A stretch of DNA of 64,000 bases from Actinomycetota bacterium (GTDB lineage Bacteria; Actinomycetota; Acidimicrobiia; Acidimicrobiales; AC-14). The position numbers and the translations under genes are program-made. Below are positions 52,530 through 62,455 of this stretch, piece after piece (the stretch's first letter is position 1; the number at the start of each line of letters is the position of its first letter). The notes beneath the pieces were generated by a model. The model saw only the letters and a program-made list of their open reading frames with translations. It did not search any database and was not told the origin of the DNA. The stretch covers positions 1,384 through 65,383 of the forward strand of contig JBFMCT010000011.1 of NCBI GenBank assembly GCA_040754375.1, read 5' to 3'.

Positions 52530-53609
52530 TCAGCCGGCCTGGACCTCGTGGGCCGTGCTGACGAACAGGCCGGGCTGGGGGCCGCCACCGATGAAGTGGA
52601 CGTTGGGGCCCACGCCCACGACGGCCAACCCGTGGCGGGGCTGGGCCAGCGGCGCCAGGCGTTCCCACCGGCCCTGGGCCGGGACCAGGCACTCCACCGA
52701 GGCGATCGTGCCCTGGGTCTCCTCACCGCCGGCCACGCACAGCCGGCCGGCGACCTCGGTGGCCGCCGTCCCGCCCCGGGTGTCGGCCAGCATGGGCTCG
52801 GCCCGCCAGGCGGCCTCCCCGGGCGCCCATGACTCGACGGTGCGCAGGTTGGAGTCGAAACCGCCCAGGCGGCCGCCGATGGCGTAGGCCCGGCCCCCGA
52901 GAGAGGCCATGCCCAGGTGCTCGCGGGCCTGGGCCAGGTCGGGCCCGGGGCGCCACGCCGGTTCCCCCGGGGCCCACGACTCGCTGGTCCCGGTCAGGCC
53001 GCCGGTGACTCCCCCGGCCACCACCAGGCGACCACCAGCCACCGCCGTCCCCTGGGCGCCCCGGGGCCTGCTCATGGCCACCTCGGCCCGCCAGGCCCGC
53101 TCGCCCGGGCCCAGGCTCCAGACGTCGGCCCGGACCTGCCAGTCCCGCCCCGGTGGGTTGGTGTAACCGCCTACCGCATAGAGCCGCTCGCCCAGCACGG
53201 CCAGCCCCAGGTGGTGGAGGGCCACGGGCAGGGCCACGCCCGGCTCCCAGCGGTCGGCCCCGGGCAGGTACAGGTCGACCCGGTCGCTGGCCCCGCCATC
53301 GAGGGTGAGCCCCCCGGCGACCACGACCTTGCCGTCCCAGAAGGCTCCGGCCACCTCGGTGCGGGCCAGGGGCAAGGGGGCCAGCTCCCCGACCACGGCC
53401 GTCGTCGGGGTGCCCGCCGGCTCGGGGCTACTGGCGCCCGTCCCCGGGCCCGGCGTCTCCGTCGACGACGAGCAGGCCGGCCCGGCCAGGACCACCACGG
53501 CCATCGCAGCCGCGGCCCACGCCCGCGGTGACTGTGGCTCGCGTCGGGTGGGGCACAGGGAGGCGACGGGCCTGCCCCATGGCCATCGGCCACCCGAGCC
53601 GGCCCGCAC
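52530..53609 (-). CDS. secreted Kelch-repeat beta-propeller protein; start uncertain
   Basis: Repeated ..L(Y/V)A.GG.. blades (GERLYAVGG, GGRLVVAGG, GGRAYAIGG, AGRLCVAGG, VHFIGG). Hydrophobic signal ..AAAAMAVVVLAGPACSS. GTG 53609 is the first start downstream of the IclR stop. Confidence 0.7.
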   Translation of the reverse strand: MRAGSGGRWPWGRPVASLCPTRREPQSPRAWAAAAMAVVVLAGPACSSSTETPGPGTGASSPEPAGTPTTAVVGELAPLPLARTEVAGAFWDGKVVVAGGLTLDGGASDRVDLYLPGADRWEPGVALPVALHHLGLAVLGERLYAVGGYTNPPGRDWQVRADVWSLGPGERAWRAEVAMSRPRGAQGTAVAGGRLVVAGGVTGGLTGTSESWAPGEPAWRPGPDLAQAREHLGMASLGGRAYAIGGRLGGFDSNLRTVESWAPGEAAWRAEPMLADTRGGTAATEVAGRLCVAGGEETQGTIASVECLVPAQGRWERLAPLAQPRHGLAVVGVGPNVHFIGGGPQPGLFVSTAHEVQAG

Positions 53610-53631
53610 CAACAGCGACCGAGGACGGCGC

Positions 53632-54267
53632 TCAACCACGGGCCAGGGCCTCCGAGATGGCACCCGCAGCCTCCACCACCGCGGCCCCGTAGCGCGCCCC
53701 GGGCCGGCGGGTGGTGCGTTCGAGGGGGCCGGAGACGGACACGGCGGCCACGGTGCGGCCCTGGGCGTCGGTGACCGGCGCGCTGACCGAAGCCACACCC
53801 CGCTGGCGTTCCTCGACGCTCTCGGCCCAACCGGGATGACCGGGCCGGCGAGGACCGGCGGCGAGGGCCCGGCCGGCCGAACCGCGGTCCAACGGTAACG
53901 AGGCGCCCACCTCCACGATGGTACGGAGCCCGTGGGGAGATTCAAGGGCGGCCACGCACACCCGGTGCTCGCCGCGGCGGACGTAGAGCTGCACGCTCTC
54001 CCCGGTGGCCTCCCGGAGGCGCTCCATGGCCGGCCGGGCCAGGGCGGCCAGTCCGGCGGTGGCCAGCCGAGGCCCGAGGCAGAAGCGGCCCCCGCCGTCC
54101 CGGCCCACGAACCCGTGGACCTCGAGGGCCTGGGCCAGGCGGTGGGCCGTGGGGCGGCTCAGGCCGGTGGCGTTCACCAGTTCGGCGAGGGACATGGGCC
54201 CGCCGTCGAGGGCGTCGAGCACCCAAACGGCCTTGTCGAGCACGCCCACACCGCTTACAGTTCTCAC
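53632..54267 (-). CDS. IclR-family transcriptional regulator, divergent from leuCD (LtbR-like position)
   Basis: 211 aa. N-terminal wHTH ([36 protein letters not shown]) plus an IclR effector domain. Confidence 0.85.
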   Translation of the reverse strand: MRTVSGVGVLDKAVWVLDALDGGPMSLAELVNATGLSRPTAHRLAQALEVHGFVGRDGGGRFCLGPRLATAGLAALARPAMERLREATGESVQLYVRRGEHRVCVAALESPHGLRTIVEVGASLPLDRGSAGRALAAGPRRPGHPGWAESVEERQRGVASVSAPVTDAQGRTVAAVSVSGPLERTTRRPGARYGAAVVEAAGAISEALARG

Positions 54268-54296
54268 ATGGCAAGACTAGCGTCTCGGATAATGAG

Positions 54297-55721
54297 ATGA
54301 CCCCTACCCCGCCCCGGACCTTGAGCGAGAAGGTTTGGGACCGCCACGTGGTGAGGTCGGCCCCGGGCGAGCCCGACCTGCTCTACGTCGACCTCCACCT
54401 CGTCCACGAGGTCACCTCACCCCAGGCCTTCGACGGGCTGCGTCTGGCCGGGCGGACGGTGCGCCGCCCCGACCTGACGGTGGCCACCATGGACCACAAC
54501 GTGCCCACCACCACGGGCGCGGGCGGCCTGGTCGGCCCGGTCACCGACCCTGTCTCGGCTCGCCAGATCGAGGCCCTGGCCCGCAACTGCGAGGAGTTCG
54601 GGGTCCGCCTCTACCCCATGGGCCACTCCCGCCAGGGCATCGTCCACGTCATCGGCCCCGACCTGGGCCTGACCCAGCCGGGCATGACCATCGTGTGCGG
54701 CGACAGCCACACGTCGACCCACGGGGCCTTCGGGGCGCTGGCCTTCGGCATCGGCACCAGCGAGGTCGAGCACGTGCTCGCCACCCAGACCCTGCCCCAG
54801 CCCCGGCCCGCGACCATGGCGGTCGACCTCGAGGGCGACCTGCCCGCCGGGGTCACGGCCAAGGACGTCGTGTTGGCCATCATCGGGCGGATCGGCACCG
54901 GAGGCGGCATCGGCCACGTCATCGAGTACCGGGGGGCGGCCATCCGCGCCCTGTCGATGGAAGGACGGATGACGATCTGCAACATGTCGATCGAGGGCGG
55001 CGCCCGGGCCGGCATGGTCGAGCCCGACGACACCACCTTCGCCTACCTCGAGGGCCGCCCCCACGCGCCCCGGGGGGCGGCCTGGGAGCGGGCCCTCGAC
55101 GACTGGCGGTCCCTGGCCACCGACGCCGGCGCCCGCTTCGACCGCCAGGTCACGATCGACGCCACCACCCTGAGCCCGCACGTGTCATGGGGCACCAACC
55201 CGGCCCAGGTCGTGCCCATCGATGCCACCGTGCCCGACCCCGACGCCCTCGCCGACCCGGCCGAGGCCGAGTCGGCCCGGCGGGCCCTGGCCTACATGGG
55301 CCTGACGGCCGGCACCCCCGTTCGCGACATAGCCGTCGACACGGTGTTCATCGGCTCGTGCACCAACTCCCGCCTCGAAGACCTGCGGGCCGCGGCGGCC
55401 GTGGTCGCAGGGCGCAAGGTCCGCCCGGGGTTGCGGGCCATGGTGGTGCCCGGTTCGATGCAGGTGCGGGCCGACGCCGAGGCCGAAGGCCTGGACCGGG
55501 TGTTCTCCGACGCCGGGTTCGAGTGGCGGGCGGCCGGCTGTTCGATGTGCCTGGGCATGAACCCTGACGTCCTCCAACCCGGCGAGCGCTGCGCCTCGAC
55601 GTCCAACCGCAACTTCGAAGGCCGCCAGGGCCGGGGAGGCCGGACCCACCTGGTCTCGCCCGCGGTGGCCGCGGCCACCGCCGTGGCCGGCCGTTTCGCC
55701 ACCCCCGAGGAGCTGGCATGA
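54297..55721 (+). CDS. leuC: 3-isopropylmalate dehydratase large subunit
   Basis: 474 aa aconitase-family protein. [26 protein letters not shown], and the Fe-S Cys residues in GSCTNSR and [10 protein letters not shown]. Confidence 0.95.
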   Translation: MTPTPPRTLSEKVWDRHVVRSAPGEPDLLYVDLHLVHEVTSPQAFDGLRLAGRTVRRPDLTVATMDHNVPTTTGAGGLVGPVTDPVSARQIEALARNCEEFGVRLYPMGHSRQGIVHVIGPDLGLTQPGMTIVCGDSHTSTHGAFGALAFGIGTSEVEHVLATQTLPQPRPATMAVDLEGDLPAGVTAKDVVLAIIGRIGTGGGIGHVIEYRGAAIRALSMEGRMTICNMSIEGGARAGMVEPDDTTFAYLEGRPHAPRGAAWERALDDWRSLATDAGARFDRQVTIDATTLSPHVSWGTNPAQVVPIDATVPDPDALADPAEAESARRALAYMGLTAGTPVRDIAVDTVFIGSCTNSRLEDLRAAAAVVAGRKVRPGLRAMVVPGSMQVRADAEAEGLDRVFSDAGFEWRAAGCSMCLGMNPDVLQPGERCASTSNRNFEGRQGRGGRTHLVSPAVAAATAVAGRFATPEELA

Positions 55722-56314
55722 AACCCGTCCGCACGATCACCGGGACGGCCCTGCCGCTGGACCGGTCCGACGTCGACACCGACCAGATCATCCCCAGCAA
55801 GTGGCTCAAGCGGGTCGAGCGCACGGGGTTCGGCGAAGGCCTGTTCTCGCAGTGGCGGGCCGACCCCGACTTCGTCCTCAACCAGCCTCAGTGGCGGGGG
55901 GCCAAGGTGCTGGTGGCCGGGCCCAACTTCGGGACGGGTTCGTCGCGCGAGCACGCCGTGTGGGCCCTGACCGACTACGGGTTCGAGGCCGTCGTATCGC
56001 CCCGCTTCGCCGACATCTTCCGCTCCAACGCCACCAAGGCGGGCCTGCTCCCCGTACAGGTCGACGGCCAGACCGGCCGCCGACTGCTGGACGCGGTGAC
56101 GGCCGACCCCGCCCTGGTCGTCACGATCGACGTGGAGGCCCGGACGCTCTCCGCCGCCGCCGCGGGGATCGACACGACGTTCCCCCTCGACGACTTCACC
56201 CGCGGGCGGCTGCTCGAAGGCCTCGACGACATCGGGACCACCCTGCGCCACGCCGACGCCATCGCCGCCTACGAGTCGGCAAGGCCGCCCTGGTTGCCCG
56301 TCACCGCCGGCTGA
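55718..56314 (+). CDS. leuD: 3-isopropylmalate dehydratase small subunit
   Basis: 198 aa. [23 protein letters not shown] overlaps the leuC stop. Confidence 0.95.
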   Translation: MKPVRTITGTALPLDRSDVDTDQIIPSKWLKRVERTGFGEGLFSQWRADPDFVLNQPQWRGAKVLVAGPNFGTGSSREHAVWALTDYGFEAVVSPRFADIFRSNATKAGLLPVQVDGQTGRRLLDAVTADPALVVTIDVEARTLSAAAAGIDTTFPLDDFTRGRLLEGLDDIGTTLRHADAIAAYESARPPWLPVTAG

Positions 56315-57939
56315 GCCTCGCCCCCGCCTCCTGCGTCGGCCCCGGTCCCACCACCCCCGCCGTCGCCGCCGGGCCCGGGTACCGCGGGCCCGGGAGGCTC
56401 GGGCGCGGCGGCGGGCGCCAGCCGGCCGACGCCGGGCCCTTCCCGGGGTGCCCGGGCCTGCGGGCCCCGGCCCGACGAAGGCCGAGCGGGGCCTGAAACC
56501 ACCTCGCGGCGGGCGGTGGCGAACACCTCCCGGGCGGCCTCGAGGTCGTGGGAGGCCTCCAACCGCAGCGACGCGGCCTCCTCGCGGGCACGTTGCAGTT
56601 CGGCCTCGGCGTCGCGCCCCGCCCGGTCGCGCGCTTCGGTGGCCGCGGCCAGCGCCCGGCGGGCGGTGTCGCGCAGGTCGTTGGCCTCCCGCTCGGCGGC
56701 CGCCCGCAGCTCGCGGGCCTCGTCGAGCTCGCGCTGGGCCCCCTCCCGGAGACGGGAGGCCTCGGCCGCGGCCGCCTCCCGCAGGCTGGCCGCGGTGTCC
56801 AGCTCCCCCCGGGCGGCCGTCCGCCACTGCGAGAGCTCGGCTTCGGCCGCCGCCTGGAGGTCGGCCAGGGCGAGCAGCTCCTGCTGGGCCGCCTCCTGGG
56901 AGCGGGCCAGCACGCGGGCCGCCTGGGAACGTAGGTCGCGCGCCGCCTCGAGGTTCTGGCGGAAGGCCTCGCTGGTCTTGGCCCCCTCGCGCTCGGCCAT
57001 GGCCAACATCTCGGCCGCCTCCCGCTCGGCTTGGGCCCTGGTGTCGAGCGTCGAGGCCAGCATCCGCTGGGCCGCCTCGCGGGTCTTGACCCCCTCACCT
57101 TCGAGAAGGGCCCGTTGGCGCCGGGCCAGGTCGAGCTCGGCGGCCGCCACCTCCCTCGCCCGGGCGGTGTCCCGCTCCGTCTCCTGCCAGGCCTGCTCGA
57201 CGGCTCGGGCCATGCGCTCGACCTCCGATCGGGCCGACTCCAGTTCACCTTGGGCCGACTCCAGCACGGTCCGGGCCTCGGCCTCCGCCCTCGACCTGGT
57301 GGCCCGCGCCGCCGCCAGCTCGACCTGGGCCTGGCGGCGGTCCCGTTCGGCGCTGTCGGTGGCCGCGGCCTGCGCGGCCGCGTCGCTGGCGGCCTGCTGG
57401 CGGGCATCAGACGCGGCCGCCAGCTCGTTCGAGGCCTGACGGCGCACGTCGTCGGCCGCCGCCTGAGCGTCGGCCAGCAGATGACCGCAGTCGCGTTCGG
57501 CGGCCCGGCGCAGCTCCTGGGCGGCGTCGGAGCCCTGCTCGGCCATCCGCTGTAGATCGGCCGCCGAGCGCCTCGCCTGCTCGAGCAGGTCGGCCGCCTC
57601 CAGGCGGGCGGCCGCCCTCATCTCCGCGGCCTGGCTCTCGGCCTCAGCCCGGAGCCTGGCCGCCGTCCGCTCGGCCAAGGCCTCGGCCTCGTCGGCCCGC
57701 TGCGCGGCCCGGCGAGCCTCTTCCAGCAACTCCTGGGCACGCCGCTCGGCCGTCGCCGTGGCCTCGCTCGTCTCAGGCCCGGCGGCACCGTCCCCTCCTG
57801 CCTGCCCACCGGTCCCGGGCGTAGCGCTCCCATGCAGTGGGGTGGCCGCCACCTCCCGTAGGAAGGCGTCGACCTCGGCTTGGTCGTAACCCTGGGGCGA
57901 CACCGAGAACCGCCGCTGTTCGATCTCCTCCGGTGACAT
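56269..57939 (-). CDS. DivIVA-domain protein with ~450-aa Ala/Glu/Arg coiled coil and Pro/Gly-rich tail
   Basis: ATG 57939 (or GTG 57942) preceded by ggaggtgaggagg. MSPEEIEQRRFSVSPQGYDQAEVDAFLREV is a DivIVA N-terminal motif. The upstream part of ORF 56269..58239 is discarded. Its 3' end overlaps leuD convergently by 46 nt. Confidence 0.7.
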   Translation of the reverse strand: MSPEEIEQRRFSVSPQGYDQAEVDAFLREVAATPLHGSATPGTGGQAGGDGAAGPETSEATATAERRAQELLEEARRAAQRADEAEALAERTAARLRAEAESQAAEMRAAARLEAADLLEQARRSAADLQRMAEQGSDAAQELRRAAERDCGHLLADAQAAADDVRRQASNELAAASDARQQAASDAAAQAAATDSAERDRRQAQVELAAARATRSRAEAEARTVLESAQGELESARSEVERMARAVEQAWQETERDTARAREVAAAELDLARRQRALLEGEGVKTREAAQRMLASTLDTRAQAEREAAEMLAMAEREGAKTSEAFRQNLEAARDLRSQAARVLARSQEAAQQELLALADLQAAAEAELSQWRTAARGELDTAASLREAAAAEASRLREGAQRELDEARELRAAAEREANDLRDTARRALAAATEARDRAGRDAEAELQRAREEAASLRLEASHDLEAAREVFATARREVVSGPARPSSGRGPQARAPREGPGVGRLAPAAAPEPPGPAVPGPGGDGGGGGTGADAGGGGEAQPAVTGNQGGLADS

Positions 57940-58051
57940 CACGCCGCACCTCCTCACCTCCAGAGTAGATGCCGCTGGAACGGGCCCTCCAGGGACCGTC
58001 CCGTCTACGCAACGTGCGCCACGTCTCGGCACAGCCGCTACCGTCCGGTCG

Positions 58052-58570
58052 TTGCCCAGCAACCAACCCACCGCCTTCGACGTGCGTACCGTCCCGGTGA
58101 CCGCCACTCGCCCCTTGCGCTTGTCGGTCCTACGCCCGGGCCGCCCGGCGGGCGAAGCCGAGTACCCGGGTGACGACGACCCGTCGACGGTCCACTTCGG
58201 CGCGTTCGTGGTCGGCGAGGAGGAGGCCGCGGCGGCCATCGCGTCCCTCTACCGCGAAGCCCGACCCGGCGGTCCCTGGCCGGCCTGGCGACTGCGGGGC
58301 ATGGCTACCGACGCCCGCTGGCGGGGCCTGGGCCTGGGGCGGGCACTGGTCGAGGCGTGCGCCAGCCACGTCAGCCACCGTGGGGGCGGGGAGCTGTGGT
58401 GCAATGCCCGGGTGGCGGCCACCGGCTTCTACGCCCGTGCCGGCTTCGGGGCGGTGAGCGCCGAGTTCGACGTACCCGGGATCGGTCCCCACGTCGTGAT
58501 GGTCCGCCGGGTGGAGGCCGTTAACGACCGAGGCGGCAGTAGCCTGCGGCCATGGACGACCGGGAGCTGA
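58052..58570 (+). CDS. GNAT-family N-acetyltransferase
   Basis: 172 aa. ..RLRGMATDARWRGLGLGRALVEA.. (acetyl-CoA loop) and ..ARVAATGFYARAGF... Confidence 0.7.
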   Translation: MPSNQPTAFDVRTVPVTATRPLRLSVLRPGRPAGEAEYPGDDDPSTVHFGAFVVGEEEAAAAIASLYREARPGGPWPAWRLRGMATDARWRGLGLGRALVEACASHVSHRGGGELWCNARVAATGFYARAGFGAVSAEFDVPGIGPHVVMVRRVEAVNDRGGSSLRPWTTGS

Positions 58571-59331
58571 TCGAGTCCTTCGTCGACAACTCGTCGCAGC
58601 GGGGGTTCGGCGAGACCCTCCACATCGAAGGCGACGTGATCATCTTCGACGGCTACTGGCACGCCTGCCTGCGGGTCGGGCCCAACACCTTCGTGGTCCG
58701 GGCCGAGGAGACCCCGGTGGAGTCGGACATCCTGGCCCAGATGGCCGCCGTGCTGGCTGACCGAGGCCTGGCCCACGTGGCCACCGACCTGCCCGGCATC
58801 ACCGTGCTCACCATGAACAAAGCCAGCTTGGGCTTCGTTTCGTGGAACGTGTGGGCCGCCGACCTGGAGACGGGCCAGTCCGAGCTGGCCCGGGCCGTCA
58901 CCGAGGACAGCTTCTTCGAGAACGCCGAGTACTACAACCCCACGGCCGAGACCGATTACACGGCCGAGCTGCACGGGGCCCGCCGTCTGGCCGGGCTGCC
59001 GACCTCGGTCATCCTCAGCGTGGGCGTGGCCCAGGACGAGCTCGACGGCCTGGAGGCCGCCCTGGGTGACTGCGTCGTCGTACCGAAGCGGTTCGGCGAG
59101 ATCGAACCCGACGCCTGCGGTTCGCTCGTGCCCACGCTCATCCTGGTGGAGGCGAGTGAGCAGGTCGGCCGGGAGTTCGTGATGGGCCTGCGAGCGGCGT
59201 CGTGCTCCCGGGTCCTGCCCGTGGTGGCCGTGACGCCCGGGGCCGTGCCCCCGCTGGGGGCCGACGCGGCCGTCGGCGCGGGCGACGACCCCGCCAACTG
59301 GGCACCGCCCATCCGCAAACTGCTCCCGTGA
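58552..59331 (+). CDS. uncharacterised protein, paralogue of 2849..3655 (conserved N-domain + REC-like C-domain)
   Basis: 259 aa. See 2849..3655 for the shared motifs. Here the receiver-like beta3 reads LILVEAS (Glu where the paralogue has Asp). The start overlaps the GNAT gene by 19 nt. Confidence 0.7.
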   Translation: MDDRELIESFVDNSSQRGFGETLHIEGDVIIFDGYWHACLRVGPNTFVVRAEETPVESDILAQMAAVLADRGLAHVATDLPGITVLTMNKASLGFVSWNVWAADLETGQSELARAVTEDSFFENAEYYNPTAETDYTAELHGARRLAGLPTSVILSVGVAQDELDGLEAALGDCVVVPKRFGEIEPDACGSLVPTLILVEASEQVGREFVMGLRAASCSRVLPVVAVTPGAVPPLGADAAVGAGDDPANWAPPIRKLLP

Positions 59332-59390
59332 CCGCGGCCGGGCGGGGCCGGGCCGGGCGGGACGCCCCCCTAGGCCCGTAGAATGAAGCC

Positions 59391-60167
59391 ATGCGGGTCG
59401 GGATATCGGGCAAGGGCGGCGTAGGGAAGACGACCATCTCCGCCGTGCTGTCGCGCACGCTGGGGCGCCGGGGCCGGCGGGTCATAGCCATCGACTGCGA
59501 CTCCGACCCCAACCTGGCGGCCAATGTCGGCTTGGGCGAGGAGATGGTGGGCATGCTGCGCCCCTTCCTCGACCAGTCGGGTGAGGTCCGCTTCGTCCCC
59601 CGCAACCTGTCGCCCTCGACCCTGCTCGGCGAGTACGGCTACCACGGGCCCGACAACGTGACGCTCATGCTGGCCGCCCGGGCCGAGAAGGCGGGCTCCG
59701 GCTGAACGTGGAGCTCCCACGTCACCGTGCGTGACTTCATCCAGCAGATAGAGGACGAGATCCCCGGCACGGTCGTGGTGTGCGACATGGAGGCCGGCCT
59801 CGAGCACCTGTCCATCGGCACGCTGGCCCACATCGACATGCTGCTGGTAGTCGTCCAGCCCACGCTCAAGACGATGATGACGGCCGACCGCACCCACAAG
59901 CTGGCCCTCGAGCTGGGGATCCCCGAGATCGCCTTCCTGGGCAACCGCATCCGCCGGCCGAGCGACGTGGACCAACTGGAGGCCTTCGCCCGCGACCACG
60001 GTGGCCCGCTGCTGGTGGCCATGCCCGAGGACGACGAGGTCCGCCATGCCGACGCGGCCAACATGTGCATCCTCGACGCCGCCCCCGAGTCGACCACCGT
60101 CAAAGGCGTGGCCACCATCGCCGACTGGCTCGAGGGCCGTTTCCCGGTCCCCAACCTGTCGCGCTGA
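59391..60167 (+). pseudogene. CooC/MinD-type P-loop NTPase interrupted by a single in-frame TGA (59703-59705)
   Basis: ORFs 59391..59705 and 59727..60167 are in the same frame. N-part is MRVGISGKGGVGKTT (deviant Walker A); C-part is VVVCDMEAGLEHL (Walker B/switch). Read-through gives ..KAGSG*TWSSHVTVRDF.., where CooC has ..GGSQCYCREN.. as I recall, so TGA and TGG sit at the two Cys of the CxC metal site. Confidence 0.65.
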
Positions 60168-60174
60168 CGTCAAG

Positions 60175-61719
60175 CTACGGGCCGACCTCGGTGCGGCGGG
60201 GTTCGGCCCGGTCGCGGACGCGCAGGACCTTGTTCACGGCGTTGAGGTAGGCCCGGGCCGAGGCCTCGACCACGTCGGTGGACACGCCCCGGCCCGACAC
60301 CTTCACGCCGCCCGCCTCGACCTGGATGATCACGTCGCCCAGGGCGTCCACCCCGCCGGTGACCGAGGACACGTTGAAGTCGGTGAGCCGGCCTTCGACA
60401 CCGGTGGCGGCCGCGATGGCCTTGCAGGCGGCGTCGATCATGCCGTCGCCGTCGGCCGATGCCTCGCGCACCCGACCGTCCCGCATCACCGCCACCTTGG
60501 CCCGGGGTGTGCCCACCGTCCCGCCGCTGACCTCCAGTGACTCGAAGGAGAAGCCGTGCTCCACGCTCGTGCCCATCTCCTCGGCCACGATGGCCTCCAG
60601 GTCGGCGTCGGTGATGGACACCTTGCGGTCGGCCAGCTCCTTGAACCGGGCGAAAGCGGCGTTGAGCGTCTCGTCGGGCACGGTCAGGCCCAGCTTGTCG
60701 AGCGAGTCCTTGAAGGCGTGGCGCCCCGAGTGCTTGCCCAGCACGATCTGGCTGCCGACCTGGCCCACGGTGCCGGCGTCGATGATCTCGTAGGTCGAGC
60801 GCTCGGCCAGCACGCCGTGCTGGTGGATACCCGACTCGTGGGTGAAGGCGTTGCGGCCCACGACCGCCTTGTTGTACTGGACGGGGTAGCCCGTCAGGCG
60901 GCTGACCATGCGGCTGGTGCGGGCCAGCTCTTCGGTGCGTACGCCCACCTCGATGCCCGGGAACTGGTCGGGGCGGATCTTGACGGCCATGACCACCTCC
61001 TCCAGGGCGGCGTTGCCGGCCCGCTCGCCGATGCCGTTCACGCACACCTCGACCTGGCGGGCGCCGGCCTGCACCCCGGCCAGCGAGTTGGCCGTGGCCA
61101 GGCCCAGGTCGTTGTGGCAGTGGGTGGACGTGACGTAGTCGCCTTTGACCTCGCGGCGGATGTACTGGATGAGCGCCCCGAAGTCCCACGGGATCCCGTA
61201 GCCCACGGTGTCGGGAATGTTCAGCGTGGTGGCCCCGGCGTCGACGGCCGCCTGCAGCACCTCGAGCATGAAGTCGAGGGGGGTGCGGGTGGCGTCCTGG
61301 GGGCTGAACTCCACGTCGTCGGTGTGCTCTCGAGCCCGCGCCACCCCGCTGCGGGTGGCCTCGACCACCTGGGCCGGGGTCATGCGCAGCATGTGCTCCA
61401 TGTGGTTGGGGCTGGTCGAGATGAACACGTGGATGCGGCCCCGGGCCGCGTCCCGCAGGGCCTCCCAGCAACGGTCTACGTCGCCCCTCTGCGTACGCGA
61501 CAGGCCGGCGATGACCGGGCCGTGGACCTTGCGGGCGATGGCCTGGACGGCTTCGAAGTCCCCCTGGCTGGCGATCGGGAACCCGGCCTCGATCACGTCG
61601 ACGTTGAGGCGGGCCAGCTGCTCGGCGATCTCCAGCTTCTCGGCCGCGTCGAGGGAGATGCCGGGCGACTGCTCGCCGTCGCGCAGCGTCGTATCGAAGA
61701 TGATCAGCCGATCGCTCAT
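60175..61719 (-). CDS. leuA: 2-isopropylmalate synthase
   Basis: 514 aa. [29 protein letters not shown], and a C-terminal LeuA dimerisation/regulatory domain. Confidence 0.94.
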   Translation of the reverse strand: MSDRLIIFDTTLRDGEQSPGISLDAAEKLEIAEQLARLNVDVIEAGFPIASQGDFEAVQAIARKVHGPVIAGLSRTQRGDVDRCWEALRDAARGRIHVFISTSPNHMEHMLRMTPAQVVEATRSGVARAREHTDDVEFSPQDATRTPLDFMLEVLQAAVDAGATTLNIPDTVGYGIPWDFGALIQYIRREVKGDYVTSTHCHNDLGLATANSLAGVQAGARQVEVCVNGIGERAGNAALEEVVMAVKIRPDQFPGIEVGVRTEELARTSRMVSRLTGYPVQYNKAVVGRNAFTHESGIHQHGVLAERSTYEIIDAGTVGQVGSQIVLGKHSGRHAFKDSLDKLGLTVPDETLNAAFARFKELADRKVSITDADLEAIVAEEMGTSVEHGFSFESLEVSGGTVGTPRAKVAVMRDGRVREASADGDGMIDAACKAIAAATGVEGRLTDFNVSSVTGGVDALGDVIIQVEAGGVKVSGRGVSTDVVEASARAYLNAVNKVLRVRDRAEPRRTEVGP

Positions 61720-61760
61720 CGTGGTTCAGCCTCCAGCACGTTCGGGTTGGGTCGTGGGGG

Positions 61761-61796
61761 AAAAGAAAAAACCTCCCGGCCCGCAGGCACGAGAGG
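61761..61796 (-). terminator. leuA leader attenuator: intrinsic terminator hairpin + U-run
   Basis: Minus-strand RNA CCUCUCG-U-GCC UGCG GGC CGGGAGG (10 bp with one bulge, tetraloop) followed by UUUUUUCUUUU. It lies 41 nt upstream of the leuA ATG. Confidence 0.7.
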
Positions 61797-61828
61797 TTCT
61801 GGCGAGCACCCGGAGGGGGTACTCGCCG

Positions 61829-61867
61829 CTACGTAAGGAGCAGGCCCGAGAAGAAGGGTGCACTCAT
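61829..61867 (-). promoter_or_regulatory. leucine leader peptide ORF (MSAPFFSGLLLT*)
   Basis: ATG 61867, stop at 61831-61829. Three consecutive Leu codons (CUG CUC CUU) just before the stop. Followed by hairpin GGCGAG..CUCGCC (61827-61801) and then the terminator. Confidence 0.65.
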
Positions 61868-61920
61868 CCGGCTTCCATGGTGACAGTCGCGCCTGATGCC
61901 GTCAAGTAGGGTCGACCGGC

Positions 61921-62430
61921 GTGACCCGTCGAACCGTCCGTGTCGTGGCCGTCCTCGGCGCCCTCGGCGGCATCGGGGCCGCGATAGCCAAGATCCTCCA
62001 GGGCCGGCGTTCGGGCCAGGCCCACATGCCCAGCGGTGACCCCCTCCTGCCCAAGCGGTCCGAGACGCCGCTGGTCGAGCCCAAGATGTTCAAGGACCTC
62101 AACCTGCGGCCCGCCGGCGAAGCGGACGAGGACGAGCCCCGGGACACGCCCCCCCAAGGCCCCCGGGTGGTCGGCCCCCAGGCCCCCTCGGCGGCCGCCC
62201 GCCCCGCGCCCCAGCCCTCCTCGCCGGCCGAGCCGCCATCTGCCCCGGCCCACGCCTGGGTCGAGCCCGACGGCGCCGCCTGCCCGGCCACCCACCCGGT
62301 GAAGGCCAAACTGGCCAGCGGCATCTTCCACCTGCCGGGCATGACGGCCTACGAGCGCACCACTGCCGACCGCTGCTACCGGGACGAGGCCGCAGCCGAG
62401 GCCGACGGCCTGCGCAAGGCCAAGCGGTAG
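61921..62430 (+). CDS. membrane-anchored protein with Pro-rich linker and small C-terminal Cys-pair domain
   Basis: 169 aa. N-terminal TM (VRVVAVLGALGGIGAAIA). C-terminal ..CPATHPVKAKLASGIFHLPGMTAYERTTADRCYRDEAAAEADGLRKAK matches a widespread actinobacterial I(K/Y)HxPG..Y..T....CF..E..A.AAG(F/Y)R module as I recall it. Confidence 0.6.
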   Translation: MTRRTVRVVAVLGALGGIGAAIAKILQGRRSGQAHMPSGDPLLPKRSETPLVEPKMFKDLNLRPAGEADEDEPRDTPPQGPRVVGPQAPSAAARPAPQPSSPAEPPSAPAHAWVEPDGAACPATHPVKAKLASGIFHLPGMTAYERTTADRCYRDEAAAEADGLRKAKR

Positions 62431-62455
62431 CGACGCTCCCCAGACCCGGCCGGCC

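Noticed and set aside
55292-56827. Long Arg/Gly/Pro-rich ORFs overlapping recognisable genes (for example 55292..56827, 60170..61471, 18129..19733, 14303..15592, 44327..45493, 8228..8935, 35596..36267)
   Set aside because: Their composition (runs of R, G, P, A) is typical of off-frame or antisense reading of GC-rich coding DNA. Each is fully covered by a gene with strong family motifs in another frame.
59703-59735. Calling the TGA in the CooC-like gene a selenocysteine codon with a SECIS element
   Set aside because: The hairpins are short (5-6 bp). The first loop is too close to the UGA, the second Cys of the CxC site is also lost (Trp), and no Sec machinery is visible in the window. It is kept as a hypothesis in the findings, not as an annotation.
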